Origin: a virus
Taxonomy: Duplodnaviria > Caudoviricetes
IMG/VR virus record: IMGVR_UViG_3300049167_000074
Coordinates: 1-40,724 of that record
Strand: one strand, 5' to 3'
DNA: 40,724 nt
The notes under the pieces were generated by a model. That model saw nothing but the letters and a program-made list of their open reading frames with translations. It searched no databases and was not told where the DNA came from. A program made the position numbers and the translations under genes. Numbering within the stretch: position 1 is the stretch's first letter; each line of letters opens with the position of its first letter. This document shows positions 35,237-40,724 of the stretch, in pieces.

Positions 35237-35665
35237 TCAGGGTTTCCAGCGGGGTCCGCGTAGTGCGGCGGGCACGTCGCTGGTGGTGATGGGCGGGGTG
35301 GCGAGGCCGAGGCGGCGTTCGCTGCGGGGCGGCAGCTCAGGCGGCTGGGGCCGGTCGAGCCCGGCGAGATTCTCGTCGGTGATGCCGTGGGCGTGCGCGA
35401 GGTCCAGCAGCTCCGGGCAGTCGTTGAGGTTGTCGACGAACGGCTCAGGGTCGTCCCACACCCACTCGTAGCGGCATCCTTCGCATGCGGTGGAGAACGA
35501 CGAGATGCCGGTCTCCGACGGGTCGAGGCGGTGCCGGGCGAGGATGCGCCGGTCGGCTTCGCAGCGGCGCAGGACGCCGTCGGTCTGGCTGGGCGGGAAC
35601 TCGTTCTCGTCGATCAGCCTCTCGACGTGGTCGACCTGCTGGGTGATCCAGGCGTGGAGATCCAT
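35237..35665 (-). CDS. DUF6221-like hypothetical protein
   Basis: VLRRCEADRRILARH...C..C...CPELLDLA. Confidence 0.65.
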   Translation of the reverse strand: MDLHAWITQQVDHVERLIDENEFPPSQTDGVLRRCEADRRILARHRLDPSETGISSFSTACEGCRYEWVWDDPEPFVDNLNDCPELLDLAHAHGITDENLAGLDRPQPPELPPRSERRLGLATPPITTSDVPAALRGPRWKP

Positions 35666-35685
35666 GGCGCGGGCTCCGGGTGGGG

Positions 35686-35997
35686 TTAGAGGTCGCCTTC
35701 GGCTGCGATGACGACGCGGCGGGCGAGGAGCGTGAGGGTGACGTAGACGAGGCTGCGGTCTTCGATCTCTACTTCGTGCACTTTGATGGGATGCTCTGCG
35801 GAGGACAGGAGCGCCTGCCCGTTGATGCGGATCTCGTCGGGGACGATGACGCTGCCGCCCGTGGTGTCGTCCGTGGCGCGTCCGCGTTCGACGATCTCAA
35901 TGACGGCGCCACGCGCGGCCCACGGCCCGTGGTCGGTGGCGTCGGCGGGGGCGTTCAGGGTGGAGCCGAGGGTGACGGTCTGCTTGTCGGCGGTCAT
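35686..35997 (-). CDS. hypothetical protein
   Basis: Protein-like composition, co-oriented, RBS present. Confidence 0.65.
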   Translation of the reverse strand: MTADKQTVTLGSTLNAPADATDHGPWAARGAVIEIVERGRATDDTTGGSVIVPDEIRINGQALLSSAEHPIKVHEVEIEDRSLVYVTLTLLARRVVIAAEGDL

Positions 35998-36018
35998 GGG
36001 CGCGGGCCTTCCGTGGGG

Positions 36019-36291
36019 TCAGGTGGCGTTGAGCTGCTGGGTCAGGCCGAGCACGTGTTCCAGGCGCTGCTCTCGTTCCTGGGCGCTGCGGCGGCAGCGA
36101 TCGAGGAGGGCGTCCGTCAGGTAGCTAACGGCGCGACCGTCGCTGTCGACGCAGCGGTAGCCGCCGTGTCGACTGTCGCGCTCCGCTGAGGTGGCACTCT
36201 TGGCCAGGTAGATCGGCATCCCGTCGTACCGGACCAGGAGCCCGCGCTGCCGCTGCTGGAAGCGCAGGTGCGTGATGTCGAGGTCAGCCAC
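36019..36291 (-). CDS. hypothetical protein
   Basis: GTG start at 36291 overlaps the end of the methyltransferase gene. Confidence 0.55.
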   Translation of the reverse strand: MADLDITHLRFQQRQRGLLVRYDGMPIYLAKSATSAERDSRHGGYRCVDSDGRAVSYLTDALLDRCRRSAQEREQRLEHVLGLTQQLNAT

Positions 36292-36823
36292 GGTTCCACC
36301 ACCAGACGCCAAGCGTGTTCCCGATCATGCGGTCGGTTGCACCGTCGAAGCGGGCCATGACCTCGTTCATGTCGTCGGGGTCCCACTGGTGGAGGTGGGC
36401 TTCGTGCGGGTTGCCGTCGATCTCACCCTGCACGGACTCGACAATCGGCACGCTGACGAGAATGTTCCACACCCCGGCGGCGACGGTCCGCTCCAGCAGG
36501 GCCACAGCATCCTCACGCGGCATGTGCTCCAGGACGTCGCCGAGGATGACGAGGTCGCGGTGGAAGAGGTGGTCTTCGGATTCGCGGACGTCCTCGACGT
36601 GGATCTCGTCGTACATCCGCCGCGTCTTCGTCGACTTCAGCTTGAACTTGGCCACGTAGGGCTTGTGCACTTCGATCGCCGTCCACCACACGCCCTCGTG
36701 CACGGGCCGGAACAGCTTCGCGTAGGTGCCTTCACCGGGGCCGACGTCGGTGACGGTGTTGGGCAGGTGGTAGCGGAACCAGTCGAGGGACCAGTCCTTG
36801 CCCTCAGCATCGGAAGTGGGCAT
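36284..36823 (-). CDS. class I SAM-dependent methyltransferase
   Basis: VTDVGPGEG motif I, AIEVH, DLVILGDVLEHM, LVSVP...NPHEAH. Confidence 0.85.
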   Translation of the reverse strand: MPTSDAEGKDWSLDWFRYHLPNTVTDVGPGEGTYAKLFRPVHEGVWWTAIEVHKPYVAKFKLKSTKTRRMYDEIHVEDVRESEDHLFHRDLVILGDVLEHMPREDAVALLERTVAAGVWNILVSVPIVESVQGEIDGNPHEAHLHQWDPDDMNEVMARFDGATDRMIGNTLGVWWWNRG

Positions 36824-36833
36824 GACGGGTCTC

Positions 36834-37133
36834 CTAGTAGACGGTGATCGTTCCGGCCCGGTAGACCGGGGTTTCGGCTCCGGCAGTCCACGTCAGCCAC
36901 ACCCGGTACTCGCCCGGATCCAGGGTCACGGTGCCGCCGTTGGGGCCGACGAGGATGCGGGCGTGCGGGCTGCTCCACTCCCCCGTCCACCAGTCCCCCT
37001 CCACGGGGTTGCCGGTGACGGAGCTGGGCTGGAACGCGAACTGGGGTGGCGCGGCCGGGCTGATGGGGCTGCCGCCCGCGCTGCTGACGGCGGTGACCCG
37101 CACGTATTCGGTGGACGTGGCGGCTATCTCCAC
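36834..37133 (-). CDS. small beta-rich protein, cassette 2 gene C
   Basis: ATSTEY...NP...W...W...ARILVGP.GG...G.YRVW; paralog of 38384..38674. Confidence 0.75.
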   Translation of the reverse strand: MEIAATSTEYVRVTAVSSAGGSPISPAAPPQFAFQPSSVTGNPVEGDWWTGEWSSPHARILVGPNGGTVTLDPGEYRVWLTWTAGAETPVYRAGTITVY

Positions 37134-37960
37134 GGCGCGCTCACCACCCATCCGGTGTGGGGCGTGCCCAGCTGGACGTCGATGTCGTTGTGGTCGGTGC
37201 CGCCTGCGGTCGCTGTGGCGTCGGTGTCGAGGCTGCCGCCGCCGGTGGCCTGGTAGACGGCGCTGGCCGCCGCGGCGCCTGCGGTGTCGAGGGCGCCAGT
37301 CCCGGTGCCGGTGGCGGTGCGGGCCGCTGCGCCGGTGGCCGCGGTGGTCATGGTGCCGCTGCCGGTGCTGGTGACGACGGCGCCGTCGGACAGGGTGTTG
37401 ACGTTGTCGTAGGCGGCGTAGTCGGTGGTTCCGGCGTCGCGGTAGCAGAACAAGTCGAGCGCGCACGTGTCGACGGCAGCCGGGATCCACGCGGGGGTGG
37501 CGAGCGTCCTGCGGTTCGTCCACGTGGAGCCGTTCGGGCTGGTGTCCCAGTAGACGTTGGTGCCGTCTTCACGCAGCCTGAGCCACAGGTGATTGACGGC
37601 GTCGTAGGTGATCTCCACGGCGGCGGCGTCGAAGTAGTCGACGTTGGACTGCATACGGAGCTTCGACGTCACCCGGTTGATCTTGAAGCCGATAGCGGTG
37701 CCCGCCACCGACGACGTGATCATGAAGTGGACGCCAACATCCGTACCCGTCGACGCCGCAGGAAGCACCGGCGTCTTCAGATAGATCGACGCACCGGCCA
37801 GCGTCCAGGCCCGGCCAGTCTGGTAGCCGGCGTAGGCCCCGGCAACGAGCGGCACCCGGGCCTGACCTGCCGTCTCGGTGACCCCGCCGTAGGAGTCGCC
37901 CCAGTTCGCACCGATCACGTTGTCGTTGAAATTGTCGACGAGGGCCGTGAGGAGCGGCAT
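37124..37960 (-). CDS. putative fibre/adhesin with lectin-like (LamG/ConA-type) domain and Thr/Ala/Gly stalk, cassette 2 gene B
   Basis: DNFND, WLRLREDGTNVYWDTSPNGSTWT, YDNVN; low-complexity stalk; DIDV...APW tail. Confidence 0.65.
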   Translation of the reverse strand: MPLLTALVDNFNDNVIGANWGDSYGGVTETAGQARVPLVAGAYAGYQTGRAWTLAGASIYLKTPVLPAASTGTDVGVHFMITSSVAGTAIGFKINRVTSKLRMQSNVDYFDAAAVEITYDAVNHLWLRLREDGTNVYWDTSPNGSTWTNRRTLATPAWIPAAVDTCALDLFCYRDAGTTDYAAYDNVNTLSDGAVVTSTGSGTMTTAATGAAARTATGTGTGALDTAGAAAASAVYQATGGGSLDTDATATAGGTDHNDIDVQLGTPHTGWVVSAPWR

Positions 37961-37972
37961 CAGGGCCTCCGA

Positions 37973-38344
37973 TCAGCTCGCGCTGAAACTCCACGCCCCG
38001 GCCGACACCTTGAACTCGTCCCCGGCGGCCACGACCTTCGACGCGTCGAACGGGCCGTAGGACCAGCGGACGGGGCTTCCGGCAGAGTCCCAGATCTCCC
38101 AGCCGACGACCGTACAGGCGGGCATTCCGGTGAAGGACAGGTCCGCGGAGTTGGTGACGGCACCGTTGACCGCGGCGGCCACGGAAATGTTCTTCCGTGC
38201 GTAGGAGCCGCCGGTGACCTCGGTGCCCGCGGTCGCATCGTTGCCCGCGGCGGTGACGAGGGCCATCTTCAGCGGCAGTGTCGGCGCGGCCGTCGAGGAG
38301 CCGAACAGCCAGTCGACGACCCGGTTCTCGGCCGTGTTGCTCAA
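37973..38344 (-). CDS. small virion-type beta protein (Gp80-like), cassette 2 gene A
   Basis: ALVTAAG...GTEVTGGSYAR...TNSADLSF...IWDSA...GD; start uncertain (TTG 38344 or ATC 38356). Confidence 0.7.
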   Translation of the reverse strand: MSNTAENRVVDWLFGSSTAAPTLPLKMALVTAAGNDATAGTEVTGGSYARKNISVAAAVNGAVTNSADLSFTGMPACTVVGWEIWDSAGSPVRWSYGPFDASKVVAAGDEFKVSAGAWSFSAS

Positions 38345-38383
38345 GTTGTCTGCGATGACGACTGCCCTCCTCGGGCTGGAAGG

Positions 38384-38674
38384 TCAGTTGATGGTGAGGC
38401 TGCCTGCGAGCCGGACAAGGTTCTCGGCACCGGGCGGGTCGAAGGTGATCCACACCCTGTAGGTGCCGCGGGTGAGGGTGACCGCGCCGCCGTCGGGGCC
38501 GACGAGGAGCCGGGCTATGCCCACCGCCCACTCGGCGGTGTGCCATTCGCCGTCGGCCGGGTTGTCGCCGTGCGCCACGATGGCGATCTTCACGGGGGAT
38601 CCGGTGAGGTCTGTGCCTGCCGGGGCGGTGATCGGAACGTGCAGGTACTCGGTGGAGGTAGCGGGGATCACCAC
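38384..38674 (-). CDS. small beta-rich protein, cassette 1 gene C
   Basis: ATSTEY...ARLLVGPDGG...GTYRVW; paralog of 36834..37133. Confidence 0.75.
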   Translation of the reverse strand: MVIPATSTEYLHVPITAPAGTDLTGSPVKIAIVAHGDNPADGEWHTAEWAVGIARLLVGPDGGAVTLTRGTYRVWITFDPPGAENLVRLAGSLTIN

Positions 38675-40149
38675 GGTGCACCCGCCTTCCAGTCACCGAT
38701 CTGGGGCGCCTGCACAGTCCACGCGGACGACTGCGGCCTTCCGGCGGCCCAACGGCTGTACGGGGCGCCGACGGTCACCTCGATGTCATCACTGCTGCCG
38801 CCGGACGTGGTGCCAGACGCTGCGAGTACCGCCGCAGCCACCAGTCCAGCACCGCTGAAGGCGGCCGTTGCCCCGGCTGCGGTAAGCGCGGCGACAGCAT
38901 GCAGACTGCCGGATCCCGTGCCCGCGCGACTGCCTGCCGCTGCGAGGCTGGCTGCCGCGGCAAGGGCGCCCGCTCCGACGACGGGTGGCGCACCGAGGAT
39001 CCCGTCGGCCGTAAGCGTCGCCGTAGCGGCAGCACCCACGTCGACCAGGAGGCCACGCCGCCCAGCCGCAGACAGATTAGCGGCGATGTCGAGCGATGAC
39101 TGGCCGGTGCGGCCGGCATGCCCGGCAGCTGACAGGTCGGCTGTCCCGGCGAGGCTTCCCCCGTCGGTGGCGGCCCGTTGCCCGGTGGCCTCCACTGCGG
39201 CGAGGGCCTCGAGCGCGGAGTCGCCGACGACTGCCGTCTGCCCCGACGTGTCCAGGGTCGCAGTTGCCGCCAGAGCAGCGGTGCCAGTCGCATGGGAGGA
39301 AACGAGGCCATCAGCGGCCAGCGCCGCTGCCGCCGCGAGACTCGACGTGCTGGCCCCGCCGCGGGCACCGGCTGCTGTGCGGCCAGCAGTGGCGGCGAGA
39401 CTGGCGGTAGCGGCCGTGCGTCGCGTTCCGGTGCCGGTCAGGGCTGCGGTGGCCGCGAGCCCCGCGGTGCCTGATGCAGCTCGTGCGCCGGCCGCGCCGA
39501 GTACCGCTGTGCCGGCGAGTGCTGCGGCTCCGGTGGTTCCGCCGGTGGGTGCGGGCGGGAGGGCGACGAGTCCGGCGGCCCAGGCGGTGGTGGGGCTGAC
39601 GGTGCTGCCGTCGGCGGTTTGGCTGCCGCTGGCGACGGCGATTCGGTAGGCGGATGCCGCCGGGGATACGTCGGTGACTTCGGTGAATCCGGCGGGCGGG
39701 TTGTGGGTGACGCCGGAGGTGTCGATGGTGTTGACGTGCCAGGCGAGGGCGCTGTCGATGTCGCTAGTGACGGTGAGCGCGCCGATGGCGGTGCCGCTGC
39801 CGGTCGCCGACTGGAACGGCACCGTGGCCAGGTCGACGGTGGGGTCGACGCCGGAGAACCAGACGGCGGCGAGGGTGGACCAGCGTCCGCTTGTCCACGA
39901 GTACGCGAACGAGGTCTCGGCTGCGATCCGGTGCAGGTAGCACTGGGTTTGCATGCTGGTCGTGGTGATCGTGCCGCGCAGTACGGCCCCGGCGGGCGGG
40001 GTGACGGCGGGGAAGGATCCGGTTTCGTGCCAGCGGACGAGCCAGAACACGCCGACCGCGCCCGCGGTGACTGGGGCGGGTTTGGTGACGGTGCGGACGG
40101 AGGCGAGGGCGTCGGCGCCGGTGTTGGCCTGGGCGAGGTACGTCGTCAC
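38668..40149 (-). CDS. putative fibre/adhesin with N-terminal globular domain and long Ala/Gly/Thr repeat stalk, cassette 1 gene B
   Basis: GTG 40149 after a GGAGG RBS; repeats of about 20 aa (G.A.LAATA.L.A.G.R); DIEV...APW tail. Confidence 0.7.
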   Translation of the reverse strand: MTTYLAQANTGADALASVRTVTKPAPVTAGAVGVFWLVRWHETGSFPAVTPPAGAVLRGTITTTSMQTQCYLHRIAAETSFAYSWTSGRWSTLAAVWFSGVDPTVDLATVPFQSATGSGTAIGALTVTSDIDSALAWHVNTIDTSGVTHNPPAGFTEVTDVSPAASAYRIAVASGSQTADGSTVSPTTAWAAGLVALPPAPTGGTTGAAALAGTAVLGAAGARAASGTAGLAATAALTGTGTRRTAATASLAATAGRTAAGARGGASTSSLAAAAALAADGLVSSHATGTAALAATATLDTSGQTAVVGDSALEALAAVEATGQRAATDGGSLAGTADLSAAGHAGRTGQSSLDIAANLSAAGRRGLLVDVGAAATATLTADGILGAPPVVGAGALAAAASLAAAGSRAGTGSGSLHAVAALTAAGATAAFSGAGLVAAAVLAASGTTSGGSSDDIEVTVGAPYSRWAAGRPQSSAWTVQAPQIGDWKAGAPW

Positions 40150-40168
40150 GGCCGACGCCTCCAGGCGG

Positions 40169-40567
40169 TCAGGCGGACTGCGGGCTGAGGCTCGCGCCCA
40201 GGCTGGTGAGGGTGAACGTGTCGGCGGACGCCCAGGCTTTGGATGCGGTGAGGGCGACAGAGAACAGGAAGGTGCCGCCGGTGCTGGCCGTCCACACGCT
40301 GATGTGGGTGAGCGTCTCGCTGGTGCCACCGTTCGTCCACGCCGCGGGTGCGGCACTCAAGGCGAGGGCGGATCCGGACGACGATGCGGCGAACGTGAAG
40401 CTGTTCCGCGCGGTGGAGCCGACGGATACGCTGGCGGTTCCGGCTGCGCCGGGGTCTCCGGTGTGCAGCTGCGCGAAGGTCCCTGCGACGGCAGGGTAGG
40501 CGGTGCCTGCGCTGCGGAGTGTGTTGAGCCAGCCGGAGACGAGGCTGGGGGCGAGTCCTGCGGTCAC
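40169..40567 (-). CDS. small virion-type beta protein (Gp80-like), cassette 1 gene A
   Basis: QLHTGDPGAAGT...THISVWTASTGGTFL...ADTFTL; GAGGAGGAG RBS. Confidence 0.75.
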   Translation of the reverse strand: MTAGLAPSLVSGWLNTLRSAGTAYPAVAGTFAQLHTGDPGAAGTASVSVGSTARNSFTFAASSSGSALALSAAPAAWTNGGTSETLTHISVWTASTGGTFLFSVALTASKAWASADTFTLTSLGASLSPQSA

Positions 40568-40656
40568 TGCTCCTCCTCGGTCTCAGACTCGGTGGTGTCG
40601 GGGGCGGGGGTGACTTCGCCGGAGGCTTCGAGCCGCAGCAGGTATTCGTCGGGCAC
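40564..40656 (-). CDS. very small acidic protein (30 aa, absent from ORF track)
   Basis: GGAGG RBS, GTG start, PDEYLLRLEASGEVTPAP..., GTGA overlap with the next gene. Confidence 0.5.
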   Translation of the reverse strand: MPDEYLLRLEASGEVTPAPDTTESETEEEQ

Positions 40657-40724
40657 GGTCGCCTCCAGGGGCTTGGGGTGTCCCGCCGCCTGGACGGGGG
40701 TCATCGGGCGGCGGGACTCGGGGC

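Larger units (their letters stand above)
9680..40724 (-). mobile_element. siphophage/prophage late region (packaging, head, tail, lysis); the element probably extends over the left accessory region too
   Basis: Canonical colinear gene order with no obvious disruptions; boundaries not visible. Confidence 0.9.

Noticed and set aside
37157-39649. 830-aa plus-strand ORF and similar long antisense ORFs throughout
   Set aside because: Expected from stop-codon scarcity in high-GC DNA; they lie opposite well-supported genes and lack recognisable motifs
1-40724. CRISPR array, rRNA, IS transposase, attL/attR repeats
   Set aside because: No regularly spaced direct repeats, rRNA-like sequence, transposase motifs or long flanking direct repeats seen by eye

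Overview
High-GC actinobacterial DNA (Streptomyces-like) carrying most of a siphophage/prophage. From right to left on the minus strand: a duplicated three-gene fibre-like cassette with a methyltransferase (36.3-40.6 kb), small hypothetical genes, two HNH nucleases, a stand-alone primase-polymerase domain, terminase, portal, head genes with two embedded glycosyltransferases, tail genes with a GGGAAAG frameshift, and a lysis cassette ending near 9.7 kb. The left 9.6 kb is accessory. It holds surface/lipoprotein morons, a PIN nuclease flanked by two dif/lox-like palindromes, a Cre-like tyrosine recombinase, two Y RNA genes (one a permuted tRNA mimic with an Asn-type anticodon loop) upstream of a TROVE/Ro60 gene, Ku, a DUF6233-like gene and a truncated LexA-like HTH gene with an SOS-box-like site. 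No classical repressor/replication module or clear att site is visible. All calls come from reading the sequence by eye; no searches were run.
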